A stretch of DNA of 64,000 nt, from positions 3,164,001-3,228,000 of the forward strand of contig CM075995.1 of NCBI GenBank assembly GCA_038087875.1, in the 5' to 3' direction. Source of the stretch: Malacoraja senta (lineage: Eukaryota). The position numbers and the translations under genes were made by a program. The first letter of the stretch is position 1. Each line of letters begins with the position of its first letter. Positions 12,146-24,309 of this stretch are shown piece by piece. The notes under the pieces were generated by a model that saw only the letters and a list, made by a program, of their open reading frames with translations, was not told the origin of the DNA and ran no database searches.

Positions 12146-12876
12146 CATCAAGTGTCGAAATGCAAAGCAGAGGTTTTGAATTGCACCTTTTCCCAAATAT
12201 GGAATGTAATCCCTTGACATCCAGCTGGGTGTGAACTGGGAACACCCTCTCTCACGTCCCTGCCATGGGAGTTGCTCTGATGCCAGAAAAATGTTTTGAA
12301 CAACATGAATTCCCACCGGACGCTACTCGTCATTTGTACGTGGGTTTATCTTTGTTGCATAATTCACCGGCAACAGTAAGCTGCTTTATTTTGGCACTTG
12401 TTCCGATAATGCTGCATATTTACTAAACAAATCATTCTGTGGTAAATACATGTCGTTCGCTAAAATAAATGTCAGCGCATCATGTGTGCCTGAATCATTC
12501 TGTACCCTCTTGCAAACAGCAACTTTTCCAAAATATTGCACAATATTGGCTATTTCTGGATTTTTCAGAACAACCAAGCAATTTCATTAAAGAACTAAAC
12601 TGAACGTAAAGAACTTGCACTTATCATTATTCCCTTATTATATATCTGTACGCCGTGGATGGCTGGATTGTTATCAGCTATTGTCTTTCTGCTAACTGGC
12701 TAGCATGTAACAAAAGCTTTACTCTGTACTTTGGTACCATAAACTAAACTGAACTGAACTTTAAATGTTTGCATTTAAACAGTGTTTAACTCCAGCCTCA
12801 GTATGTGGCATCTACGAAATGTACTGTGGCATCCAACCAGGTGAGTGGAATCTTTTGCTTTCACCTGAGCAAGGGG

Positions 12877-13170
12877 ACGGCACGGTGGAGCAGCTGTAGA
12901 GTTGCTGACTACAGGTTCTGTCTGTATGGAGTTTGTGTGTTCTCCACCTGACCTCCGTGGGTTTTCTCCAGATGCTCCAGGTCTTGCACTAGGGGAATGG
13001 GGTGGAGCGGGAAAGATAGATCAGACCCGATTTCCTCCCACACTCCAAAGACGTGCAGGTGTGTAGGTTAATTGGCTTTGGTAAAATTGTAAATTGTCCC
13101 TAGTGTATAGGATAGTGGTCGGTGCAGACTCAGTTGGCCAAAGGGCCTGTTTCTGCCCTGTTTCTCTCAA
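12877..13170 (+). mobile_element. tRNA-derived SINE, rearranged
   Basis: GGCACGGTGGAGCAGCTGTAGAGTTGCTG head, V-domain, GGGCCTGTTTC tail. Confidence 0.7.
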
Positions 13171-13339
13171 GTAGAATTTGATTTTGGTATTTAAGCACTT
13201 GCTTATGACTACACACAGTCGGCCCAGTTAAAATGTTTACGTCTCTGAAGTGGGTTTTAACCCTCTGACTCAGAGATTAAACTGCTTCCAACAGAGCCAC
13301 AGTTGTTGAGCCACCACAACAAATTACACTACACTCATT

Positions 13340-14378
13340 GGGAGGAGCCATCTTGAGGAACGGCTGCAAAACAGCAGCCGTCCGTTAATTGTACTTTTTT
13401 ACTAAGTTTTTTTAGTTTTCTTTAAGTTTTTGTTTTTATTTATTTTGCCTTTAATGTGGGGGGATCAAGGGGAAACCACTTCCTGGTCCCTACCTGGTCG
13501 GTGAGGCAGCCTTCTCTCCGGCTGCCCATTCGACCCGTCCTCGCGGCCTCGCGGCCTACCAGCGGCGTGGAGCGGCGTTTCCTGGCGGGAACCGCACAGC
13601 ACCCTCAGCTTCGGTGGCGGCACGGCGCTGGAGCGCTACTGTGCAGCGGAGCGGGCGATGCCTTGCCTGGGTCGCCGCGCTGGACCGACGCGCTGGAGCT
13701 CCGGTGAGCTGGACCGCCGAGCTCAACACCTCCGGGACTGGAGCGACCATTCGCGGGCGGCGGCGCCGACTCCAACACCGGGAGCCTTGAGCTCCAAATC
13801 GGCGCGGCCTTGTCGGCTTCAGGTACTGCGGACGCCTGCGGGAAATCGGCCGTTCCAGCCGTAGTTGCGGCCTCCGGTGAGGGATGCGGCCGTTCCAGGT
13901 GGCCCAGCTGCTGGAGGACTCTCCCGACGCCGGGGCTACATCACCCGGCGAGAACGGCCAGGATCATCGGGCCTTCGTAGAGGCAATAGCGGGGGCTTCA
14001 TTTGGCCTGACTTTTTTGGGTGAACTGGGGCTGGGGACTGGACATTGTGCCTTCCCCCACAATGGAAATCATTGTGGGGGGATGATTTTTGTATGTAATT
14101 GTTTGTAATTGTATTTGTTAGTCTGTGTTCAAGATGGCGGTCGGAGGGGAGAGTGGACGCTGGCGTTAAATTGCCGCTGCTCTCTCCTCAAATTGTGCTT
14201 CTGATTTTCTTTTTTTTGTGTTTTTGGAAGGAATTCTGTCCCTGATTTATGTATTGTTCTTTATAACCTATTTTTTTTTAAATTCTGATTATATGTTTTC
14301 TATAAATCTCTGTATGGTGTCCTTGAGACCTCGGTATAAGGCGCCCGTAAATAAAATCCATTATTATTATTATTATTA
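13340..14378 (+). mobile_element. Non-autonomous GC-rich retroposon with L2-type 3' tail
   Basis: 5' GCCATCTTG plus hairpin ACGGCTGC-AAAACA-GCAGCCGT, T-rich tract, CpG-rich body; 3' CCTTGAGACCTCGGTATAAGGCGCCCGTAAATAAA(TTA)n. Confidence 0.6.
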
Positions 14379-14446
14379 CAACATACTGACCAGAAATAGA
14401 CTCCCTGGTCCTTATTGGCATTGATGTTCCACGTAAGCAAGTTAAG

Positions 14447-14689
14447 GGCGGTCACGATGGTGCAGCGGTAGAGTTGCTGCATTACAACGAATGCAGCGCC
14501 GGAGACCCGGGTTCGTTCCCGACCACGGGTGCTTGTCTGTACGGAGTTTGTACGTTCTCCCCGTGACCTGCGTGGGTTTTGTCTGAGATCTTTGGATTCC
14601 TCCCACACTCCAAAGATGTACAGGTTTGTAGGTTAATTGGCTTGGTAAATGTACACCGAGTCCGCGCCGACCAGCGATCGTTGTTACAT

Positions 14690-14731
<42 letters not shown>

Positions 14732-14940
14732 CACTCGAAGGGCAACTTACAATATATACCAAAGTAAATTAGCCTACAAACCTGTACGTCTTTGGAGTGT
14801 GGGTGGACACCGAACACCCGGGGGAAACCCATGCGGTCACGGGGAGAACATACAAACTCCTCACAGACAGCACCCGTAGTCAGGGTCGAACAAGGGTCTC
14901 TGGCCCTGTGAGGCAGCAACTCTACCGCTGCGCCACCATG
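14447..14940. mobile_element. Two SINE copies in opposite orientation (+ 14447-14650; - about 14655-14940 with an internal (CA)n)
   Basis: tRNA-like heads at 14447 (+) and 14940 (-). Confidence 0.8.
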
Positions 14941-14963
14941 CCGCTCCTTGGTTCTTCTGGGAC

Positions 14964-15098
14964 TTCTTCTTCTTCTTCTTGCGTATGACGTGCACAGCCT
15001 AAAGTTGTAGGACCACTTGTTCTATTTGGTCTTATTTGGTTGTGCACGCCAGGTTGATTGCATTCGTCGAAACAGGGAAGGTTGCAATCTCCCACCCC
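14964..15098 (-). mobile_element. ~135-bp ribozyme-headed mini-retroposon, copy with an 11-nt deletion in the ribozyme
   Basis: 13-bp TSD GTTCTTCTGGGAC (14951-14963 / 15099-15111); (GAA)n tail; homologous to 38412-38550. Confidence 0.8.
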
Positions 15099-15194
15099 GT
15101 TCTTCTGGGACAGAGCATTTTCTTGAATTCCCCATTGGTTTCCATCGCAATTTTCACACAAATCAAACATTATCTCCACATCTATTTTACTAAC

Positions 15195-15430
15195 TCCATG
15201 AAGATTCCTGAAAAAACAGCTTTTTTTTCCATGAGCAGTAGCTCTCTACTCAACAGCCAAAAGTCTGTATCCTCCTTTTGCTCTGGCATTTTATTTCATT
15301 CTTCACATATTTAAATTATAATGTTTCATTTTTAATTCTCTACTGTATATCGTGTTGTTACTTGCGAGCAAAGCACCAAGGCATATTCCTTGTATGTATA
15401 CATACTTGGCTAATAAAAACAAAATATTCA
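15195..15430 (+). mobile_element. Rex1/Babar-like LINE 3' end fragment
   Basis: Homologous to 60915-61250 (AGTAGCTCTACTCAA...GCACCAAGGCA...TTCCTTGTATGT). Confidence 0.55.
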
Positions 15431-16504
15431 TTCACAAATTTACCTTCTCAGTTCTGGTATTATCCAGAGGACATAGGTTTAAGGTGAAGGGGCCTTTCCT
15501 ATCCATGTACCTGCCCAAGCATCCTTTAAATGCTGCAATGGTAAATACCTCCTCTGGCAGCTCATTCCATGTACCACACCACCCCCTATGTGAAAATCTA
15601 CCCCTCAGATCTTATCCCTCTTACCTTATACGTATGTCCTCTGATTCTTGATTCTCCTATCCTGGGTAAAAAGACTCTGTATATTCACCCAATGGAATCC
15701 TCTCATGACTCACTGTGGCTGTGTATAGATTAAAAGTGTAGCTGTTTATTATAAAGCTGTCAGTTACTCAACGGATCAGACAGCGTCACGGGAGGGCGTG
15801 AATATGTAATGTTTCGGGTCGGGATCCTTCTTCATACTGAGTTTATCAGCTTTAGTTTATTGACACGTGTACAATGAGAAGTTTTTTTTACGTGTCAGAG
15901 GAAAGACAATACATGATTACAATCGAGCCACTCGTAGTGTATAGATACATGATAAAGGGAATAATGTTTAGTGCAAGATAAGCCAGTAAAGTCTGGTCAA
16001 AGACAGTCTGAGGGCCACCAATGAGGTAGATAGTAGTTCAGGACTGCTCTCTAGTTGTGGTAGGATGGTTCAGTTGCCTAAACACAGCTTTGTTCTTCCT
16101 GTAGCTGTGTGCATTTTCACTGGGTTCTCCAGTTTCCTCCCACACTCCAAAGACACACAAGTTTGTAGGATAATTTGCTTGGTATAATAGTGAATTGTCC
16201 CTTGTGTGTATAGGATAGTATTAATGTGTGGGGATCGCTGGTGGGCCAAAGGGCCTCTTCCCGCATTGTATTGCTAACACTAAACTATTGGTCTTCACAA
16301 AGGAACCTATTCTGAGGCTATGACCATCGGTCCCAGACTCTCCCACTAGTGGAAACATCCTCTCCACATCTCAAAGACATGCAGACTTGTAGGTTAATTG
16401 GCCTCAGTAAATTTCCCCTAGTGTGAAGGGGGCGAATGATCGATGTTCGGCACGGACTCGGTGGGGCGAAGGGCCTGTTTCCGCGCTGCATCTCTAAAAC
16501 AAAA

Positions 16505-16670
16505 CTTCTTCATCTTATCGAGTCCCCACACAAGATTGGAGGTTGCTCAGCCAGAGCTGAACACACTTCTCGGCATCTGCATACAACGGTGCCTGCCTTG
16601 TCGCTTCTTGTGCTTCTTGTGCGTGGTGGTGGAAACAGGGCCGCGACGTGAACGCTCTTTCCTTGACCCC
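16505..16670 (-). mobile_element. Short Vingi-like retroposon with a partial HDV-like ribozyme head
   Basis: Minus strand starts GGGGTC AA GGAAAGA GCG TTCACGT CGC GGCCCT GT; ends ...GATAAGATGAAGAAG; inserted in a SINE (CTAAAA)n tail. Confidence 0.6.
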
Positions 16671-16733
16671 AAAACTAAAACTAAAACTAAAGTATTGGTC
16701 TTCTCATAGGGACCTAGACAAGGTTTAATGGTG

Positions 16734-16955
16734 CAGGAAAGAACTGCAGATGCAGGTTTAAATCGAAGGTAGACACAAAATGCTGGAGTAATTCAGCGGG
16801 ACAGGCAGCATCTCGGGAGAGAAGGAATGGGGTGACGTTTCGGGTCGAGACTCGGGTCGGAGTCTGAAGAAGGGTCTCGATCCGAAACGTCACCCATTCC
16901 TTCTCTCCAGGGATGCTGCCTCTCCCGCTGAGTTACTCCAGCATTTTGTGTCTAT
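16734..16955. mobile_element. Penelope-derived terminal-repeat element as an inverted pair
   Basis: Inverted copies of the PLE 3' repeat flanked by a 15-bp near-perfect duplication CAAGGTT(T/G)AATGGTG (16719-16733 / 16956-16970). Confidence 0.75.
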
Positions 16956-17384
16956 CAAGGTTGAATGGTGGGCTGATTTTTTAAAAATGTTAAAACGGAG
17001 TCACATTTAAAGCCTGCTCCTGATGCAAGCTGTTTGTTGCTGGGTTAAAGAAATCAAGAGGCTTTGGCAGCTTGTGTTACATTTCCTTTACATTCTACAA
17101 TCAGGCTGCTCCACTGTGGTCCTTGGAGTGGCAGGAAATGCACTCATGTTAAAAATGTAACATGCTGCAATCATCCTCCCGGTGGAGAAGGGGGAGAAAA
17201 TCATAGCCTCCTCAGGAAGAGCGGGGGGAAAAAACCTTCGGTATTCCCTGAGGAATCCTTGATTATCTGAGGAGGAAATGCTGAGCTGTGCAAAACGTGT
17301 GTGTGAGCTGTGGATTGCAAGCAGTTAATTCCTAAACCCGCATTGAGCAGCAAGGCAGAATGATCCACTCATTTCATTTATCGA

Positions 17385-17706
17385 AAAAAATGTACAAAAT
17401 CATGGGGGGAATAGATCGGGTGGACGCGCAGAGTCTCTTGCCCAGAGTAGGGCAATCAAGAACTAGAGGACATAGGTTTAAGGTGAGGGGAGGGAAAGAT
17501 TTAATAGGAACCTAAGGAGTAACTTTTCCACACAGAGGGTGGTGGGTGTATGGAACGAGCTGCCGGATGAGGTAATCGAGGCAGGGACTATCGCAACGTT
17601 TAAGAAATATTTAGGCAGGTACTTGGATAGTACCTCGAAGGGCCGAATGGCCTACTCCTGCACCTATTTTTTCTCTGTTTTCTGTGATTGGACAGATTTA
17701 GAGGGG
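17385..17706 (+). mobile_element. CR1-like 3' fragment (resumes at about 21501-21600) hosting the long CR1
   Basis: GGACAGATTTAGAGGG is continued after the insertion by TTGGCCAAAC...GGCCTGTTTCCGCACTGTATCTCTAAAG. Confidence 0.7.
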
Positions 17707-18286
17707 TAGCGACAGCGGCCGGGCCTCCGGTATAGAGACCGGTCCTGTTGCTCAGAAGGGTAAGGAAAAGAAGAGGAGGGCAATATTAATAGGGGACTCT
17801 ATAGTTAGGGGGTCAGACAGGCGATTCTGTGGACGCAGTCGGGAGACCCGGATGGTAGTTTGCCTCCCTGGTGCCAGGGTCTGTGATGTGTCCCAACGTG
17901 TCCAAGACATCCTGAAAGGGCAGGGAGAGGAGCCCGAGGTCGTGATACATATAGGTACCAATGACATAGGTAAAAAAAGAGAAGAGGTCCTGAAAGGAGA
18001 ATTTAGGGAGTTAGGAGGGGAGTTAAAGAGAAGGACAGCAAAGGTAACAATCTCGGGATTACTGCCTGTACCACGCGACAGTGAGAGTAGGAATGGAGCG
18101 AGGTGGAGGATAAATGCGTGGCTGAAGGACTGGTGCAGAAGGCAGGGATTCAAATTTCTGGATCATTGGGACTTCTTTTGTGGAAGGTTCGACCTGTACA
18201 AAAAGGATGGGTTGCACTTGAACCTGAGGGGGACCGATATCCTGGTGGGGAGATCTGCAAAGGCTACTGGGGAGACTTTAAACTAG
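17707..18286 (+). pseudogene. CR1 ORF1 SGNH/GDSL esterase domain (N-terminus missing)
   Basis: Motifs LIGDSIVRG (about 17785-17812), CLPGARV, HIGTND, DGLHLN. Confidence 0.85.
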
Positions 18287-18462
18287 AATGGTTGGGGGGA
18301 GGGACTCAAATAGAGAATGCTATTAGACAGTGTGTGAGGCAGGAGGCAGAGAAGGAAAGCACTCAGACCCAACATGTAGGGGGAAAGAAGAAAACAATAA
18401 TAAACAGAGAATAAGAGGTGGTGGGGTTCTTAAATGGGTGAGCAGAGAAACAGAGGGGTGTA

Positions 18463-21399
18463 AAATGCGGGCGGAAGCAATAGGTAGCAAGGTGAAAGGT
18501 AAAAGTGGCAGGCAGACAAATCCAGGACAAAAATCAAAAAGAGCCACTTTTCAACATAATTGTATAAGGGGTAAGAGCGTTGTAAAAACAAGTCTGAAGG
18601 CTTTGTGTCTCAATGCAAGGAGCATTCGTAATAAGGTGGATGAGTTGAACGTGCAGATAGCAATTAATGATTATGATATAGTTGGGATCACGGAGACATG
18701 GCTCCAAGGTGACCAAGGCTGGGAGCTGAACATCCAGGGATATTCAATATTCAGGAGGGATAGAGAGAAAGGAAAAGGAGGTGGGGTGGCGTTGCTGGTT
18801 AGAGAGGAGATTAACGCAGTGGAAAGGAAGGACATTAGCTTGGAGGATGTGGAATCGGTATGGGTAGAGCTGCGAAACACTAAGGGGCAGAAAACGCTGG
18901 TGGGCGTTGTGTACAGGCCACCTAGCAGTAGTAGTGAAGTTGGGGATGGCATCAAACAGGAAATTAGAAATGCATGCAACAAAGGCAAAACAGTTATAAT
19001 GGGTGACTTCAATCTACATATAGATTGGGTGAATCAAATTGGCAGGGGTGCTGAGGAAGAGGATTTCTTGGAATGTATGAGGGATAGTTATCTAAACCAA
19101 CATGTAGAGGAACCAACGAGAGAGCAGGCTATTCTAGACTGGGTATTGAGTAATGAGGAAGGGTTAGTTAGCAGACTCGTTGTGCGTGCCCCCTTGGGCA
19201 AGAGTGATCATAATATGGTTGAGTTCTTCATTAGGATGGAGAGTGACATTGTTAATTCAGAAACAACGGTTCTGAACTTAAAGAAAGGTAACTTTGAGGG
19301 TATGAGACATGAATTGGCCAAGATTGACTGGCAATTAGTTCTAAAAGGGTTGACGGTGGATATGCAATGGAAGGCATTTAAAGACTGCATGGATGAACTA
19401 CAAAAATTGTTCATCCCAGTTTGGCAAAAGAATAAATCAAGGAAGGTAGTGCATCCGTGGATAACAAGGGAAATCAGGGATAGTATCAAAGCAAAAGATG
19501 ATGCGTACAAATTAGCCAGAAAAAGCAGCATACCAGAGGACTGGGAGAAATTCAGAGACCAGCAGAGGAGGACAAAGGGCTTAATTAGGAAAGGGAAAAT
19601 AGATTATGAAAGGAAACTGGCAGGGAACATAAAAACTGACTGCAAAAGTTTTTATAGATATGTGAAGAGAAAGAGATTAGTTAAATCAAATGTAGGTCCC
19701 TTGCAGTCAGAAACAGGTGAATTGATCATGGGGAACAAGGATATGGCAGACCAATTGAATAACTACTTTGGTTCCGTCTTCACTAAGGAAGACATAAATA
19801 ATCTGCCGGAAATAGCAGGGGCCGCGGGTCAAAGGAGATGGAGGAACTGAGTGAAATCCAGGTTAGTCGGAAGTGGTGTTGGGTAAATTGAATGGATTAA
19901 AGGCCGATAAATCACCAGGGCCAGATAGGCTGCATCCCAGAGTACTTAAGGAAGTAGCTCCAGAAATAGTGGATGCATTAGTGATAATTTTTCAAAACTC
20001 TTTAGATTCTGGAGTAGTTCCTGAGGATTGGAGGGTAGCAAACGTAACCCCACTTTTTAAGAAGGGAGGGAGAGAGAAAACGGGGAATTACAGACCAGTT
20101 AGTCTAACATCGGTAGTGGGGAAACTGCTAGAGTCAGTTATTAAAGATGGGATAGCAGCACATTTGGAAAGTGGTGAAATCATTGGACAAAGTCAGCATG
20201 GATTTACGAAAGGTAAATCGTGTCTGACGAATCTTATAGAATTTTTCGAGGATGTAACTAGTAGAGTGGATAGGGGAGAACCAGTGGATGTGTTGTATCT
20301 GGACTTTCAGAAGGCTTTCGACAAGGTACCACATAAGAGATTAGGATACAAACTTAAATCACACGGTATTGGGGGTTCAGTATTGATGTGGATAGAGAAC
20401 TGGCTGGCAAACAGGAAGCAAAGAGTAGGAGTAAACGGGTCCTTTTCACAATGGCAGGCAGTGACTAGTGGGGTACCACAAGGCTCAGTGCTGGGACCCC
20501 AGCTATTTACAATTTATATTAATGATCTGGACGAGGGAATTGAAAGCAACATCTCCAAGTTTGCGGATGACACTAAGCTGGGGGGCAGTGTTAGCTGTGA
20601 GGAGGATGCTAGGAGACTGCAAGGTGACTTGGATAGGCTGGGTGAGTGGGCAAATGTTTGGCAGATGCAGTATAATGTGGATAAATGTGAGGTTATCCAC
20701 TTTGGTAGCAAAAACGGGAAGGCAGAGTATTATCTAAATGGTGGCCGATTAGGAAATGGGGAGATGCAGTGAGACCTGGGTGTCATGGTACACCAGTCAT
20801 TGAAAGTAGGCATGCAGGTGCAGCAGGCAGTGAAGAAAGCGAATGGTATGTTGGCCTTCATAGCAAGAGGATTTGAGTATAGGAGCAGTGAGGTTCTACT
20901 GCAGTTGTACAGGGTCTTGGTGAGACCACACCTGGAGTATTGCGTACAGTTTTGGTCTCCAAATCTGAGGAAGGACATTATAGCCATAGAGGGAGTGCAG
21001 AGAAGGTTCACCAGACTGATTCCTGGGATGTCAGGACTTTCATATGAAGAAAGACTGGATAGACTTGGCTTATACTCGCTAGAATTTAGGAGATTGAGAG
21101 GGGATCTTATAGAAACGTACAAGATTCTTATGGGGTTGGACAGGCTAGATGCAGGAAGATTGTTCCCGATGTTGGGGAAGTCCAGGACAAGGGGTCACAG
21201 CTTAAGGATAAGGGGAAAATCCTTTAAGACCGAGATGAGGAAAAACTTTTTCACACAGAGAGTGGTGAATCTCTGGAACTCTCTGCCACAGAGGGTAGTT
21301 GAGGCCAGTTCATTGGCTATATTTAAGAGGCAATTAGATGTGGCCCTTGTGGCTAAAGGGATCAGGGGGTATGGAGAGAAGGCAGGTACGGGATACTGA
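18463..21399 (+). pseudogene. CR1 ORF2 AP-endonuclease/reverse transcriptase, disrupted
   Basis: APE motifs LNARSI, GITETW, YRPP, MGDFN, SDH; RT motifs YLDFQKAFDKV, GVPQGSVLGP, FADDTK; frameshift near 19820-19870 and TGA at 20770-20772 (CGA in the 57-kb copy). Confidence 0.93.
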
Positions 21400-22229
21400 G
21401 TTGGATGATCAGCCATGATCGTATTGAATGGCGGTGCAGGCTCGAAGGGCCGAATGGCCTACTCCTGCACCTAATTTCTATGTATCTATGTATCTATGTA
21501 TTGGCCAAACGGGGGCAGGAAGGACTAATGTAGATGGGACATGTTGGGTCGAATGGCCTGTTTCCGCACTGTATCTCTAAAGTCTAAAGTAAAGACTAAA
21601 AGATGGAATCAAGGTTTGTGGAGACGAAGAAAGAAATAACTGCAGATGGTGGACACAAAGTGCTGGAGTAGCTCAGCAAGTCAGGCAGCATCTCTGGAGA
21701 ACATGAATAGACGACTTTTCTGGTCGCGACCTTCTTCATGTTCTAACCACGCCTAACCATGTTCTCCAGAGATGCTGCCTGACCTGCTGGGTTACTCCAA
21801 CGCCTTGTGTCCCTTTGTGGAGATGAGTTCAGTGAGGCAGGAAGAAGGGTCACCACCCGAAATATCGTTAATCCATTTTATCCAAAGATGTTGCCTGACT
21901 CGCTGGGTTACTCCAGCACTTTGTGTCCTTTTGTGGAGACGAGTTCAGTGAGGCAGGAAGAAGGGTCCCGACCCGAAACGTCACCTATCCACGTTCCCCA
22001 GAGATGCTGCCTGACCTGCTGACTTACTCCAGCATTTTGGTCTTTCCTTGGTTCTCAATGGCCACCTCCTGTACCTATTTTCTATGTTTCTATGTTTCTA
22101 TGCACATGCCCCAGAAATCCTCAACTCATCATCGTTGGTTTGATCGGATGGTAGATGAGGCTGGTAAGTAGGTTCTGGCATTGTAGGTCAGACTGCCTGT
22201 GCCCATGTTACCCTGACCTCTGAGAACCA

Positions 22230-22810
22230 AGGAAAGACCAAAATGCCTCCACTGCCCTCTTTGGCAGGGAATTCCATAAATTCATAACTCTCTGGGTGAA
22301 AAAGTTTTTTCTCACCTCAGTCTTAAATGACCTCCCCTTTATTCTAAGACTGTGGCCCCTGGTTCTGGACTCGCCCCACATTGGGAACATTTTTCCTGCA
22401 TCTAGCTTGTCCAGTCCTTTTATAATGTTATATGTTTCTATAAGATACCCCCTCATCCTTCTAAACTCCAGTGAATACAAGCCTAGTCTTTTCAATCTTT
22501 CCTCATATGACAGTCCCGCCATCCCAGGGATCAATCTCGTGAACCTACGCTGCACTGCCTCAATCACAAGGATGCCCTTCCTCAAATTAGGAGACCAAAA
22601 CTGTACACAATACCCCAGATGTAGTCTCACCAGAGCCCTATACAACTGCAGAAGAACCTCTTTACTCCTATACTGAAATCCTCTTGTTATGAAGGCCAAC
22701 ATTCCATTAGCTTTCTTCACTGCCTGCTGTACCTGCACGCCAACTTTCAGTGACCGGTGTACAAGGACGCCCAGGTCTCGCTGCACCTCCCCCTTACCCA
22801 ACCTAACCAA
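22230..22810 (-). mobile_element. CR1 LINE RT C-terminal fragment
   Basis: ORF 22208-22810 (-): QRDLGVLVHRSLK...FFTQRVMNLWNSLP. Confidence 0.9.
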
Positions 22811-23006
22811 CCATGTCTTCTGGGGTGCAGCACCGGGAGTTTAATTTCAGTTTAGTTTAGAGATACGGCATAGAAACAGGCCCTTTGGCCCACCGGGTCC
22901 ACACAGACCCTGTTCGCACTAGTTCTGTGTCATCCCACTTTCTCACCCTGCTGACTCGGGGAAACCTACAGGGGCCAATTAGCCTACAAACCTGCACGAG
23001 CTTGAG

Positions 23007-23345
23007 ATAGAGTGATGTTTCCACGAGTGGGAGAGTCTAGGACCAGAGGCCGTAGCCTCAGAATAAAAGGACGTACCTTCTGAAAAGAGATGAGGGGGAA
23101 TGTCTTTAGTCAGAGGGTGGTGTCTCTGTGAAATTTCTTGCTGTGGAGGACAAGTCAATGGATATTTTTAAGGTGGTGATTGATGGATTCTTGATTAGTA
23201 TAGGGTGTTAGGGGTTATGTGGAGAAGGCAGGAGAATGGGGTTGAGATGGGAAAGATAGATCAGCCATGATTGTATGACAAGGTGGACTTAATGGGCCGA
23301 ATGGCCTAACACTGCTCCTACATCTTGTGACCTTATGAGCTTATG
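23007..23345 (+). mobile_element. CR1-like 3' fragment (third subfamily, CTTATGA-type tail)
   Basis: GAGAGTCTAGGACCAGAGG...GGAGAAGGCAGGAGAATGGGG...CTTATGA repeats. Confidence 0.75.
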
Positions 23346-23764
23346 AAACCGGAGCACCCGGATGAAATCCATGCGGTCACAGGGAGAACGTGCAAACTCA
23401 GCAGTTCGTAGGTTCATAAGGCGATAGTTGCAGAATTAGGCCATTCGGCACAAACGGTCTACTCCGCCATTCAATTATAGCTGAACTATCTCTCCCTCCT
23501 GAACCCATACACAGTTATAGTCAGGATCGAACCCGAGTCACGGGGAGAACGTACAAACTCCGTACAGACAGCACCTGTAGTTCGGGATTGAACCCGTGTC
23601 CCTGGCCCTGCGAGGCAGCAACTCTACCGCTGCAGCACCGTGCCACGAGGTGTTGGCCGTGAGCCGCCCGCACTGCCATTCACCCACAGTCCGGTGCTGT
23701 GACCATGTCTAAACATCTACGCTCCACTCTTGTTCAATGTGCCCAGCAGGTGTGTTTAGTTTAA

Positions 23765-24305
23765 GGTAGACAAAAATGCTAGAGAAACACAGCGGGTGAG
23801 GCAGCATCTATGGAGCGAAGGAAATAGGCAACGTTTCGGTTCGAAACCCTTCTTCAGACTGATGTGAGGGTGGGGGGGGGGGGGGGAGGGGGGGAGGGGG
23901 GAGGAAGACGGGAAGAGTTGGAGCCAGAGGGCTGAGGGAGAGCTGAGAAGGGGGAGGAGAAAGTAAGGACTACCTGAAATTAGAGATGTCAGTGTTCGTA
24001 CCACTGGGGTGCAAACTGCCCAAGCGAAATATGAGGTGCTGCTCCTCCAATTTACGGTGGTCCTCATTCTGGACATGGAGAAGGCCCAGGACTGAAAGGT
24101 CGGATTCAGAATGGGAGGGGGAGTTGAAGTGCTGAGCCACCGGGAGATCAGGTTGGTTATTGCGGACCGAGCGGAGGTGTTGGGCGAAGCGATCGCCAAG
24201 CCTACGCTTGGTCTCACCGATGTAGAGCAGCTGACATCTAGAGCAGCGGATGCAATAGATAAGGTTGGAGGAGGTGCAGGTGAACCTCTGTCGCACCTGG
24301 AAAGA
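23765..24305 (-). mobile_element. Penelope-like element 3' fragment (GIY-YIG endonuclease plus terminal repeat)
   Basis: ORF 23970-24296 (-): LIYCIRCSRCQLLYIGETKRRLGDRFAQH; 3' repeat carries the hammerhead-like motif. Confidence 0.88.
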
Positions 24306-24309
24306 CCAG

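Larger units (their letters stand above)
17707..21500 (+). mobile_element. Near-full-length CR1/HER1-like LINE (5'-truncated within ORF1)
   Basis: Esterase ORF1, APE-RT ORF2, 3' UTR ending in (TCTATGTA)n. Confidence 0.95.
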
